A stretch of DNA of 64,000 nt from the NCBI GenBank assembly GCA_964188305.1, contig OZ076885.1; one strand, 5' to 3'. The DNA comes from Podarcis bocagei (taxonomy: Eukaryota). The position numbers were made by a program, and so were the translations under genes. The notes under the pieces are model-generated. The model was not told where the DNA came from and did no database searches. It was given only the letters and a program-made list of their open reading frames with translations. Shown here one piece after another: positions 23,168 to 35,578 of the stretch (the first letter of the stretch is position 1; every line of letters begins with the position of its first letter).

Positions 23168-23679
23168 ACTTGAATGAGGACTATGCAAAAAACATGCATG
23201 TTTGGGATGCATTGAATCTATTGTAAACTGCCATGTGGGCAGACCCATAGTCTGTCCACTGCAAAACTAGTGGCATGTATAACAATTCATTTCTTCAGTA
23301 GAAACTGATGAAACAGAACTATCTGTCCAGCACCTATCAGACATCTGGCTAGAGATAAGATGCCGCTTCAAGGGCATTAATGAGGTCTAGACAGTACTTT
23401 GAGATTTCTGAGGCAGGACCACAGGTTTTAAATAATAGGGATTGTATCCACTCCCACGTCATGCAGTGGAACTGAGTGGGTTGTTGTGCAGATATAGCTC
23501 TTTGGATTACTCAGAGGTAATAGTCACTAAATGGTTTAGAGTAGCTTCCCTTGTCAACCCTAGACAAGGTTTCATGCCAAGGCCAGCAGGGGCAAGTTTT
23601 CCTGAGATTCTTCTTTCTTGCTTTGGTAGGTTTTCATGGTAGGTTCACATGGGCAGAGAGTAATACCTTACTGCCATAA

Positions 23680-24069
23680 GGGACACGGGTCGCGCTGTGG
23701 TCTAAACCACTGAGCCTCTTGGGCTTGCCAATCTGAAGGCTGGCGGTTCAAATCTCTGCAACAGAATGAGCTCCTGTTGCTCTGTCCCAGCTCCTAAAAA
23801 CCTAGCAGTTCGAAAGCACGGCAGAGCAAGTAGATAAATAGGTACCGCTGTGGTGGAAAGGTAAACGGTATTTCCATGCGCTCTGGTTTCTGTCACAGTG
23901 TTCGGTTGCACCAGAAGCGGTTTAGTCATTATGGCCACATGATCCGAAAAGCTGTCTGTGGACAAACGCCGGCTCCCTCAACCTGAAAGCAAGATTAGCA
24001 CTGCAACCCTGTAGTCGCCTTTGAATGGATTTAACTGTCCAGGGGTCCTTTGCCCTTACCTTTGCCTTT
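23680..24069 (+). mobile_element. Sauria-type SINE, copy 5 (divergent subfamily with longer body)
   Basis: GGGACACGGGTCGCGCTGTGG head, shared core and degenerate CCTTT tail. Confidence 0.85.
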
Positions 24070-25290
24070 CTGCTGCATTCTTTCCCTGCACGATTGAGAC
24101 TCCCCCCCAAAAAAAACAAAAACAAAAACCAGTTGGCATATTATAGTCAGCCTTGCCAATTGGTTCACTGTGGATGGGAATGATGGTGCTCTTATAGAAT
24201 AGAGGGGCCACCATTCTGAATTCATCACACACACATTTGCTAGGCACGCTGTTGAAGAGTGACACCATCACGTAGATGTGATTGTTGTCCTTGTAGAACA
24301 GAAGGTGGAGATGACTGCGTGTTGGCTGGCAGCGAACAGTGCCTACAGAACAGCATTTAAGCTATTTATAGCAGACGTTTTCTTGGTCTCCACAGCTTTT
24401 GCTGAGGTCAGTGAAGTGATCTGTGAACAATTGCTGGGCTTTATTTTGAAGCCAAGGAACACAAGACTTGGTGAGCAAGGCTTCTCAGTGTACTACAGAC
24501 CATGATAGCCCCCGCATTTGCATCCTGCTTCCTCCATATTCACTTTTCATAACATTCTCAGTATCACTTTAGATTCGAAACTTTGGGCGTAAGTAAGGGC
24601 CTCATGTTCAAAACCTTATACCATTTAAATATAGTGTACTTAAGGGGGAAGGATTGGTGCTTTGCCTTTACCCTTTGATGTTTCTGGTGGTTTTTTGTTT
24701 TTTTGCAAAGGGGAAACGCTGAAGCATGATCCTCCCTTCAGGAGGACTGTACCATTTGGTACCATGTTAGTAGGGCTATACCACGTGGTATTTCTGAATG
24801 TGAAACTCATTGAAGCACCTCCTGAAGTGGACTCTAGTCCACAAAAGCTTATGCCATAACTAGTCTTTACAGTGTCACAAGTCTCTGCTCTTTGTGCCAC
24901 AACAGACTTAACATGGCTACCCCTTTGGAAATCATTAGAAAGAAACGCCTTTAACTGGGCAGGGGGGTGGAATAGAGTGGTTCTGTAACAGAAAAATAAA
25001 TGGGAAAGGAAGCCAACTGTTATCTTGCATGACTGCAAAACCATTTAACCTCAATGCGGATGTGATGAGGAGCTAGCACACTTTGCCATTTTCCTTTCAA
25101 CCTTCACAAATGAAGGTTCAAAGCAGAGAGTTTGCTCTGCATCTCACACTGTCCTGTAAAGGTCATTTCTACTGGAGTTGACAGTGGTCCCAGAGCCAAA
25201 CGGGAAGTCTCATCTTTAGCCAAAACTTTTTCTTTCTCTAGGCTGCTTTCAACCATTATTCAACAGTACAGTAGAAACCACCTGGAAATC

Positions 25291-25319
25291 TGTTGTTGTT
25301 GTTGTTGATGATGATGATA

Positions 25320-25364
<45 letters not shown>
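25291..25364. repeat. (TGT)n(GAT)n(AAT)n compound microsatellite
   Basis: Direct reading. Confidence 0.93.
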
Positions 25365-25519
25365 TAATAAGGTGTTTGTAGCCTATTTATGAGTTTGAAA
25401 TTCCCAAGGCATACACCAATAATCCTATAGATGAGCAATGTTACAGCTGTTGCTCCTGCTGCTGCTGCACAGCTAAACACCAAGGCCGGAGAATGCTTGC
25501 TAGGAACTGGATTATTAAG

Positions 25520-26045
25520 TAATTGTGAGTTTTGGGGCAAATTGCCATCAGTATGCTGATGACATTCAGTTTTGTTTCTCCATAATATCTGAATCAGGAG
25601 AATCTGTGTGGGCTCTGGACCAGTGCCTGGATGCAGTGATGGGATGGATGAGGGGAAATAAGCTGAGCTTGAATCCAGGCAAGGTAGAGGCATTGTGGGT
25701 GAGTGGTTCCCATGTCTGAGAAATTTGTCAATTGCCTGTCTTGGATGGGGTGCACTCTCCTTGAAGGAGCAGTCATGCAGTTCAGGAGTATTTTGGGATT
25801 CAGCTTTGTCGCTGGAGGCCCAGGGAGCCTCAGAGGCTAGAAGCACCTTTTACCTGTTTTGACAAGGGAGACAGTTTTGACATGGCTGTTCCTGGGCTGG
25901 GAGAGCTTGGCCACAGTAGTTGGCATTGGTGACTTCAAGGTTGGATGCCTGCAGTGCAATGTGGGGCATTCCTTTCACCTGATCTGGAAGCTGCAGGTAG
26001 TGCAGAATGCTGCAGCACAGTTGCTGACAAGGGACAACAGATATA
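25520..26045 (+). mobile_element. Degraded L2 LINE RT fragment
   Basis: Peptides CHQYADDIQF, LSLNPGKVEALW and KLQVVQNAAAQLL across frameshifts. Confidence 0.85.
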
Positions 26046-26453
26046 GTGCAAATAGTGGGCTCGAACAACGCCAACAGTGTGGATGGGGAAACATTGAGAC
26101 AGATTTAAACTTAAAGTGCTCAAGTGTCTGTGAAAGTGCACAAAAGTATGCATGCAAAAATGGGATCTGTATGATTCACATGCACATTAATTCCATCTAC
26201 ACAGTCTACCAGCAAAGTGCCAGTGTGAAAGCTAGTTAGCCTGCTCCTATTTATGGCCATCCCAGAGCTGGGTCTCAATGCAAGAAGAGTGATGGTTCAG
26301 GTAGATGATCTATGACAGACCTGGGGTGGTTTGCAAAGGGTGTTGGGCATCCAGCTTGCCATCTTGGTCTTTGAAAGAGCAAGCAAAGAGTCAAGGCACT
26401 CAGCTGCAATTAAGATGACCCCCCCACACACACACACCTGACTAGGCTGCTAA

Positions 26454-27020
26454 AGTTGTTGTTGCTGGCATCTGTCTGTTTTGAGAGACAATGGCGTGCG
26501 CCTCTGGGGGTGAAGTCAAACCGCTGTGTTAGCAGCACTGAAGTAACCTCCCCAAGGTACAAGCCTGAGGAGTGTGTAGAGGGCGGGGACTATGCTGCCC
26601 AGGCAACAAGACCCCCCTCTTGGCTTCAGTGATGTAGTCCAAAGGAAAGCAGAGCAATACATTTGGCACCAGCTGAGCTGCAGGAGTTAGTGGAAGGAGG
26701 CATACAACTGTCTTAGGGACTCCACTCCGTATTTGTGTAGGGCTTACTCCTTAATCTTTTCTCCTCCCAAAGATATCCCACAAGGCAGTGGAGGTTTGGA
26801 CCAGAGTCTTTCAATTCCTAGATGGGTTATCTTTCCAGGTTGATGAGACCCATCTGCCCCTCACTTCCCTCTGCAGCATGTGCAGAAGCCGCCTTCTTGA
26901 TCATTGGACCCACTATTGATCTGTCCGCTCAATCCTCTGGGGAAGTCCCTAACTCCCTGAGGCCTAGCCAGCCAATCAAAGCCTTTCCCAGGGTGTAGTC
27001 ACTGTCTGGTGCTGACAGCT
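26454..27020 (-). mobile_element. Non-autonomous RTE-derived retroelement
   Basis: On the - strand it ends ...CCATTGTCTCTCAAAACAGACAGATGCCAGCAACAACAAC, an RTE-type 3' end with a (CAA)n tail. The inner boundary is approximate. Confidence 0.55.
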
Positions 27021-28761
27021 TCCAGGGTTTATGTGAAAGTGTGTAGTTGCATCCATTTAAATACCTGGGTAGTGTTAAATGAGATTATTCTGAGTCCCAA
27101 CCCATATTATATCCATTTGTTGCAGTAATTTAAACCCTTTGGCTATGAATCCACAATGGCAGAGTCCTGGGAGTAGTCACTAATCTAAGCTGCTACATCT
27201 ATGGAATGCTGAGTGAAAGCTGAAGGTCATCTTGTCCAGCCAGATTTTATGAATCCCAATACTCCCAACTATTAGTATCATTCAGACCACAGTATGTGAA
27301 ATGCAAAGATAATAGACCAGAGTGCATCATGCCAGCTGTGTTTGTATGATCAAGTGAACTTGCATAAAATGAAATGTTCTTCTTTTCAGAGGAGGGGGAA
27401 CAGATTTCATCTCCCCATGAAAATTACTCTTATGCATGCTCGGCTCAGCCCTTCTGAAAAATCATGGCAATATTATCGCAGCAAAACTAATTCTTATACT
27501 CAATTTCATTTCCATTTATTCATCTGACTTCCTGGCTGTAACAAGCTGACTGCAACCAATCCATCCAGAAATTTCAGGGTATGTTCTGGGATAGAAACAG
27601 CTTGAGGAGAGTTGGGTCCAAAAGGCCCAACCATGTCTACTCAGAGGTGCCCTACTGAATTATGTGGGGCCTGCTCCCAGGGTGGTGGGGTTTTGATTGC
27701 AGTAGAGAGCAGGAAAGTGGCCAACTTCAGTTCTTCAGTTCTTCAGAAGTTCTGCTTTCCAACATTTTGGCTGTCATGGATTATTTCTCTCAATATTGGA
27801 GCTTCCACATAATCTTCTTCCTGTTTACAGACTGGGCAAATCAAATGAGGCACAGATAGGCTTAGTCTTTCCTCAAGGTCAGACTGTAAGCCAGCAGCAA
27901 GATTTGAGCCAGAATGCAGCAAGCTTCAGGTGGCTTTGTATTTTAATATTGAAGCCAGGCACCTTGTCTGATTATTATCAAAGGGACTATATTATGATCT
28001 ATTTATTAGACATCCTTCAATCTCTGAGGGAAAAGAGGAAAGAACAGATAATGATGCTCCTACCTGGATATATTTGGTTTCAGCATGCTGTTTGGCCTGT
28101 CACAATTCCTGCTATTTCTTGCTCTCTCTCACTCCACAAACATCGTGCTTATCTGATCTCCCCTCATACATGCAGCTCAACAGCTTCAAATCTAATTACA
28201 CAGGTTCCCTGCCCAGAGCTTTCCCCAGCACCTTTTCCAGTCTTATGAGTGCACTGACCCATTCTGAATTCAGAGATGTGAAAGGTTTCACAAGGCGTGA
28301 TGAGTAGCGGTGCATGCATGTCAGAGAGCGGGTACATCACACTTTGTTGGGAGAGGCACAGCACTTGAACTGGGGTCGTGGCACTGTTTCTTGTTTGCAC
28401 CACCCTCAACAGCCTGGGGCCACATAGGGCAGCTGCTTTCAAACAACGGCAAAAAAAAAAAAAAAAGACGAAGAAGGAGCTTGTTCCTGTTCAGATCTGA
28501 AAATCCCCCAGGCCCTCTGCAGAAATGAGCACAAAGCTGACACAAGTTTATAAGGGTCATGCTTCAAAGTGACTACCTGTGCCCTGCTGATGGGGTTTCA
28601 CACTGCCATGACATCACTCAGTGCAGTCGCAGATTAAATTCATCCCAAGGATTTAAGCATGTTTCTCCATCCTGTACTACAGGGTGGATGGGAAAACATG
28701 GAATTCTCCCAGGAAATCCCTGAACTGAAAGTTGTAACAGTCATTTTCAATTTGCTATATA

Positions 28762-29088
28762 CCGTATTTATTCAGATAGTGTTCTGGAAGCTACCAGCGT
28801 GAGTTTGACCAAACTGCGGGAGGCAGTGGAAGACAGGAGTGCCTGGCGTGCTCTGGTCCATGGGGTCACAAAGAGTCGGACACGACTAAACGACTAAACA
28901 ACAACAACAAATATTTATTCAAATCTAATGCTCCCCCTTTTTGGCCAAATTACGTTGCAAAAATTAAGGTGTGCATTAGATTCAATGGCACATTTACGTT
29001 CGCCAGCAAATAGTTTTTTTGGTTTCAAGGTTCCGAAAATTGAGGCGTGCATTAGATTCGATGGGGCATTAGACTTGAGCAAATACAG
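28762..29088. mobile_element. Tc1/mariner (Tigger/Tc2-like) MITE interrupted by a BovB fragment
   Basis: TA-flanked. The reconstructed left TIR CCGTATTTATTCAAATCTAATGC matches the right TIR reverse complement CTGTATTTGCTCAAGTCTAATGC. Confidence 0.75.
28775..28911 (+). mobile_element. BovB-type (RTE) LINE 3' terminal fragment
   Basis: GCCTGGCGTGCTCTGGTCCATGGGGTCACAAAGAGTCGGACACGACT with a (CAA)n tail. 10-bp TSD TATTTATTCA (28765-28774 / 28912-28921). Confidence 0.85.
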
Positions 29089-30375
29089 TATATTGATTCC
29101 CTTAGGGATTCCTCTTGTTCAATACTGATCCACTTTCAAATCAGGCATTAAATAAATGCGCCAGCCACTCTAGCTTGCTGCTTACATTACAGAATTGAAG
29201 CTCCAGTCGATATACATATAGCGGCAAATTTTAAAAAGAAAAACAGCCCTGCCATTGTTTTGCATTGTCTTCTACAGCTACTGTTGCCCAGTATCAATCA
29301 CCTGCAATCATTCAATGTTTCTAATCCCATACTAACTCATTTTTGCACTATTCCAACAGCTTCCACATTCAGCAGAAGCTCAGATAGTCTCCTGCTGCAA
29401 AGCCATCCTGCTGTTAGTTGCTGAGAACCCCACCACACCTAACGGCTATACCAACAATCTAGCAGCAAGCTAACATTCTGTGCAAAACAGCAGCAAATTG
29501 TTCAGCTATTTGTGTGATGCTGCTTTTTCAAACTAACAACAATGTCACCTCCTGCAGCCATCTTTGGTTTCAAAGAATGATAATCATGAACAAATAGTAT
29601 GAGATCACTAACCTCCATTCCTTGTTCCTAACCTGTGCCATCTTTACCAGCAATGAGTCACAATCGGTGTTAATTATGTGCATATCACAAAGTCACCAGG
29701 CAGTCTTGCCTTCTACACCAAACTTTAGGCACTCCTCATCTTCTGAAGTGTAATCTTAGCTCACCCTCATGCCTCTCATAGAAGCAGCAGCTTCTTGGAT
29801 CAGTACCTGGGTGTAGTACATGGAATCACTACTTAATGCAGAGGTGAGGTGATGTTAGGTGAGATATCCACATCACTGTCTTTCCATGTTAGACACCCAC
29901 AATTTCAGGAGAAGGCTAACTTCATAATGTTGGTCTATTTTGAAGTTCATATTCATGTGGTTTATGGATAAATCGATGCCTCTGGAGGCAGATGAAGTTG
30001 CTGTTCTATGCAAAAAAAAGAGGCCATAATGGCAACCTTGCTTTGTCTCCAGGACATTTGCACATTTAGACACTCCAAGGGCACAGTCTTGTGCAGCCCT
30101 TCCTACACGGTATCATGGTGATTCATCTGCTTCCAGTGCTCTCTCTCGCCTCTGAATTGTACCCAGAAAGCCTGAGGATTTAATGCTTTGTACAGCAGAT
30201 AGATCTTAAAAATCTCTTTTCATTGTAGTGCTACGATGCTCTTTTCTCGCCAGTTTCATTTCTTATGCTCTGTTCTTCTTTTTCTCTTTTCTGTCTGTCT
30301 GTCGTTTCTCAACCTGCCTACTGCTCACTGAACCGGGGGCCTCATCGCTCCCCTGGCTGGATCCCCTCTGGACAG

Positions 30376-30498
30376 GGAAGGCCGCATGGTGGTGTTGTCC
30401 CTTGTTTTGGGGCTTTCAGAACAGGACGACTTTGCCAATATACCTGATCTTCAAACCACTGGAAACCAACAGAACCAGAACTCTCAGGGGGACAAGAG
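30376..30498 (+). CDS. SYT7: SYT7 alternative linker exon D (123 nt, phase 2-2): EGRMVVLSLVLGLSEQDDFANIPDLQTTGNQQNQNSQGDK(R)
   Basis: CAG acceptor at 30373-30375 and GTATGA donor at 30499. Matches the known Syt7 insert EGRMVVLSLVLGLSEQDDFANIPDLQ. Not in the ORF track. Confidence 0.94.
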
Positions 30499-32582
30499 GT
30501 ATGAGTAGGAGACAGGGGCTTTCGGCAAGAGGAAAGAAAGCCTCACGAGGGGCTGTCCTTCATGAGAGTTGGAAAGCTGGTGCAGGAAATCAAGGAAGCT
30601 CCAGCGTTGGGCCTGGTGCAACATCTAAGCCAGTCTGGCAATACTCTTACCTCCTGCTTGGAACCTCATTTCCTCCCTGATGGTCAGCTCCCTTTGGGGG
30701 AAAATGGCAATTCCTTTCACAAGCTCGTACTCTGGTGGGAATGTATCCTCATATAAACCCTCCCCATTTTACATCTCTTCAGCTCCATCCAGTTCCTTCT
30801 CTCTTCCCTGTCCAGTCCAATAGTAAGTGTGTGAGGAGTGTGCAGGGATGGGCCAATACATTTTGCTCCCTGAGGCAAATAGTATCCAACCCACCCCCAC
30901 CAAGCTAAAGTGGTGAGTGGCACCCAAAGCAGATGATTCCACAAGCACCTCTCTGCCTTCCTGGCAGTAAAAAGACAATAATAATAAATTAAGGGTGGTG
31001 GTCAAGTGGCCCCATTGCAACTAATGGACCTAGCTTAGTCATGTTAATTAATTTCATGATTGCAAACAGAAACCATGTGTAGAATATATCACTGCTGCTG
31101 TCAGGTACATAGGATATTTGCCCTGGACTCCATGGCTACCAATATTGTGACTGGGCCCTTTTGGCAGGTCTGGAATTTAGCATTAGGAAGACTAATACAT
31201 TGGGGACCTTGATCATAATACAGCCTATCCCAAACTACCTGGGTGCAGCACATCCTTCTCCTGAAGATGCAATAGGCACACTAACACTCCTAATTCAGAG
31301 CTACCCTCAGGACCTGCAGGTTGCTCCCTATGAAGCAAGAATAGTCTCTCCTTCCTTGTTTTCCCCTTCCCATACACTCCCTCACTTGACTAATGGGATC
31401 TAACAGGGTCATATTGTGTGACTTACAAAATAGGTTCTCGGAGAGGAAGTGCCTAGCTAGAAGCAGAGGCCTCAAACACTTCCACGTGTATGTTAAATTC
31501 CATCTTTTAAGGAGAGGAGGTGCGAAGGAGCAGATTTCACATGATCATTGCATTAATTAACTGGCACCGTTCTCGCCTGCTGACTATTTTTACCTTGCTG
31601 AGGCTATATTTCACTACATATTTTAGCACTTTCCATTTGATCATCCAATTGTATAGTTGATCCTTGCTTTTTCAGCCTGCAATTTTAAGTAGTAGCAGGT
31701 CAATAAAGAGTCCTATTAGGCCATAACAATTCAGGGGGAGAGGAAGTACCTTCTACTGGCACATGCCCATTCTGTGCACATCCCATCTGGGAAAACCCTC
31801 TACCTCCTACATAATCAGGCCACCACCCCAGTCCCAACTTGATGAGAACATTCTCCCTTGTAACCAGCTTCAGTAATAAGAAACCTACATGTGTTTATGG
31901 CATCCATCACACAATGATTCCCATAATTTCAAGACAAGAAGGAGTTGGGCACATGGCCACTGTATGTGTAAGAGATGTTTTGCAGGGATTGGCTCTGAAG
32001 AGCCTTTTCCATTTCACATTGTTAGTCTGGAGGGAATCCCACGGAGAAAGAGCTGTGCTTTTGTAAGCTTCTTTCATGGTTAATATGAGGAAATGAAGGC
32101 TCTCCAGTTTGCCCAAAGCAGGGGGTTTAGATTCTTCTCACTTCTTTTGAAAGCTGTGGCCCTCACTGTATATCATTTTCTGGGCCTTTAGCTGGCACTG
32201 ATGGAAGGCTCTTTTCAAACCTAATTAACTTAATTTGGGGCGGGGTTATAAGGGGCACTGCAGTCCAAAGGATGTTGAGGCAGCTGCAAGCCACCCTTCC
32301 ACACAAAAAACACTCCCTGTGCAACTGTTGAGATTAGGAGACTCTCCCATTGACACCAAAGGAGTGGCGGGACGTTGCGATGGGCCAGATGGAGAGGCTC
32401 CCAGCTCACATCTGACCCCTGGACTACCAGCTCCCCACTCCTGCTTTAGTACAGGCATGCAACGATTGTCTTCCTAGACTTCCAAGCTTCTATTAACTTC
32501 TTTACAGTTACACTGTGGGAGCAGAAAACTCAGAGCTCATACTGAAATTATTATTATCATAATCTTGCACATAGGGCTGTCA

Positions 32583-32839
32583 CATAACCCTCCAACATTC
32601 CCCTGATGAAAATAGGGACCACACATCTTTTGGTGCCACGTAAGTCAGGTGGCTCATGTGAGAGCACAGCACCAAAAGGCATTTTTGGGTGTTGTGTTCT
32701 GACTTGCGTGAGAGCGCGGCACCACTGCAAATGCCAGCACCAGCTCATCTCTGGGACATTCTGGAATCAAATCAGAAGCCAGGATGGCTTTTGTAATTCC
32801 AGGAATGTTACCGGAAAATAGGGACGATTGGAGGGTATG
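32583..32839. mobile_element. Non-autonomous DNA element (hAT-like)
   Basis: Inverted termini CATAACCCTCCAA ... TTGGAGGGTATG and an internal repeated AAAATAGGGAC. Confidence 0.55.
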
Positions 32840-34121
32840 TTGTCAGTTTAATCTGGAATGTGTCCTTGTGTTGTGTCTGAACAAATAACTTAATGGAGAA
32901 ATTCTGGTGCCATAAGCCCGGTCAGACAAGGAAACCTAAACCTCTCCCAAATGTTGTGCAGATCTCATGCAGGATAGCAGACTCAATGGAGATGTAGGGA
33001 GATATGAACTGTTCATTTGTCTGTGTCTCAGGAACTCAGCATCTCTCAGAGCTTCCTGTCTTCAGTTCCTGTATCTGATATTTAAAAAAAAAACAACTTT
33101 CTGAATCAGAAGAAGTCATAGTTACCACCTGCCTTTCTTGTTTTCCTGTGAGGCCCTTGATACTTTACTGAGATTCAGGAAAACAACTTCCCACGTATTA
33201 GTTTGGTCCCCCATCTCCTTGGTAATGCATTCAGCTCTGATCGCAAGCTGCTCCACTGGTCACACCATTCCTTTCCAAACCACTGCTCCCCCTCTCTCTG
33301 GAGGCTGACAGTGTGGGAAAGAGTGATGTGATCAGCATACCCATCTATGATCAGAGCCTAATGCATTACTAAAGCCTCCTGCGATGGAGCAGTGAGGATC
33401 TTGGCAGCTACCACCAGACTCAGTAATGCCTGAATTGGACATCTGTCTCAAGCTCTGTCTTTCAACCTGTTCCCCTCCCTGCCTTCCTTGTGGAATCTTG
33501 CCTCTGCTTCTTCCTCTCCACCTGTGGTCACCTTCTCCCTTGCTTCCTCTGCACACTCGCCATACCGCTTCTTTGTTTCCCTACGCCTCTCTTCCACATT
33601 CTCTTGCCTCTTTTTATTTACCTGCCTGCCCCCCCACCCACCTTTTCTGCCTGCCTGGCCTATGGAATGTTGATGATTGTACAATGATTGCAGAGGGGCT
33701 TGTGATGCAGTCTTTGGGGGCTTGCTGGGAAGGAGGGAGGGGTTGTTCTGGTTGCATTGAAATCCCTTTTACCTCAGTCTCTCCTCTCCTCAGCAGTAAT
33801 CACACGATGTTCTGCCATCCCATACCCCAGTGTAATATATCCTCACCCTCATCCTCCTTGCACTTTCTCCTCTTCCTTCTTCTAGCCTTGCTGCTCTTGT
33901 TGCTGCCTGAACTTTCCCCCTTGTCAACCTCGGCAGCTCCAGTCCAGTGCCTTGTTCTCTGTGTGTGGTGGCTGTTCTCCTCTACGAATCTTTGTGGTTT
34001 GTGTGTGTGGATGTATGTGTGTGTGTGCATATGGGTGTGTGTTTCTCTCCTGCTACACTTTTCTCCACCCTCTTTCCGTTCCAGCAGGAGGCATCCTGCA
34101 GATCCTGGGATGAAAGGCACC

Positions 34122-34123
34122 CT

Positions 34124-34175
<52 letters not shown>

Positions 34176-34183
34176 ATCTCTCT
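34122..34183. repeat. (TC)n microsatellite
   Basis: Direct reading. Confidence 0.95.
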
Positions 34184-35014
34184 CCCTATCCTGTGACTTC
34201 TGCAGCACTCACCAACTCCCAGACAGCCTTGCAGCTGATCCAGTACTCTGGGGTTGCAAAAATAACTCTGGATTTGTCATACCTTCTGACAGTCAATCAC
34301 ACACATACACACACACATTTGATCTCACTTTATTTTTAACTTTTTTTTCTTTTCTATTTTTGGTCTCCAGCTATTCTGGTCTCCTTTATCTGTGCATGCA
34401 TGTACTAGTCTGTATGTCACTGTACACCCAGCATCTTTGTATGTGTCGGTCTGCCTCAGGGTGTAATCTTTATATCTAGAATTTCCCACCCGAGAGTCTG
34501 TCCCTCTGCATGAGCCTGATGCTTGTTGATCTATTTATGTGTATGTGTATTGCTGTATTTATTGATGGGTATCAGTGTGTTTGGATCTTGTGTGTGATGT
34601 GTCTGCATGTCAGCGTGCCTGGAGATGCGCATGTAATGAGCCATTACATAAGTCCATTGGCATATGCTCGTCTCTCTCTTTGTGGTTATTATAGCATCTT
34701 TGTGACATGTCAAGAGGCTATCTGTATATAATCAATGTCTTTGGGTTTTCCATCTTGGTCAGCATCTCCTTGATATTATTTGTCTGCCTCTGAACAATGC
34801 TTGTCTGCATTTTTCTTAGGCTTTCCTCCTCCCCCTGCCCCCACATCCTATAGAAAACCTGTGTGAATGAGGTCCAGCTGATCAAACTTAATCCAGAAAC
34901 TGTCCATTATTGGCAGGTGTCATTCTTATCGTGGAGGGCTCCTCTCTGCATCTTAGGAAACCTTCATTTTTCAGAGTTCATTCCTGAATGCATGCTGAGA
35001 GCCCTCCACATGTG

Positions 35015-35230
35015 CAGTTAAGCTCAGTGAGAGAGCCCTTGCTTTGCATACGAAAGCTTCCAGGCTCACTCAATCCCTGGCAGCTAGCTCCAGTTCAAAG
35101 AATCAGGAGGCAGGTGATGAGAAGAAGTCTTCTGCCTGAGGCCCTAGAGAGCCACTGCCAGTCAGATTAAGCAGTGCTGGGAGAGATGGACGAGTAGTCT
35201 GATGTGGTATAAGTCAGCTTTCTATGTCTT
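35015..35230 (+). mobile_element. Old tRNA-derived SINE, same family as 7218-7380
   Basis: AGCTCAGTGAGAGAGC head and GGTATAAGTCAGCTTTCTATGT tail. Confidence 0.5.
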
Positions 35231-35578
35231 TTCAATTTTCAACATGAATGTGCATAGACTGAGAGAGGAGTGTGTCACCACAGTGCTGTGCACACGCGCA
35301 CACACACACATATGCACGCACGGAGAAGGCTAGAACGACAAGCTTATGGACAATTCTTTTTTCTTTAGGCCTTTTCATTAGTTACATTGCTGCATGGGGT
35401 GGGGAGTGAGACTGTGTGCTGATTTCCTATCCTTTCCTCAACAATAGCTTGACCCATCACCACTACCCCTGGGCTTTATGACGGAGTGAGGATTTGACTC
35501 TGGCTCTCCCACGTTCAACCCCAACATTCTCACGGCTACGGTGTAAACAAACTTGCTCTACCTCCAGTAACCTACAGG

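Noticed and set aside
34085-34116. Small exon RRHPADPGMK after a CAGCAG acceptor
   Set aside because: There is no GT donor. The only option (AAAG|GCACCC) is a poor GC donor, and the lengths (32 or 29 nt) break frame.
33426-34196. 256-aa Leu/Ser/Pro/Cys-rich ORF resembling a membrane protein
   Set aside because: It arises from pyrimidine-rich, (TG)n and (TC)n low-complexity sequence that is poor in stop codons, and it has no family features.
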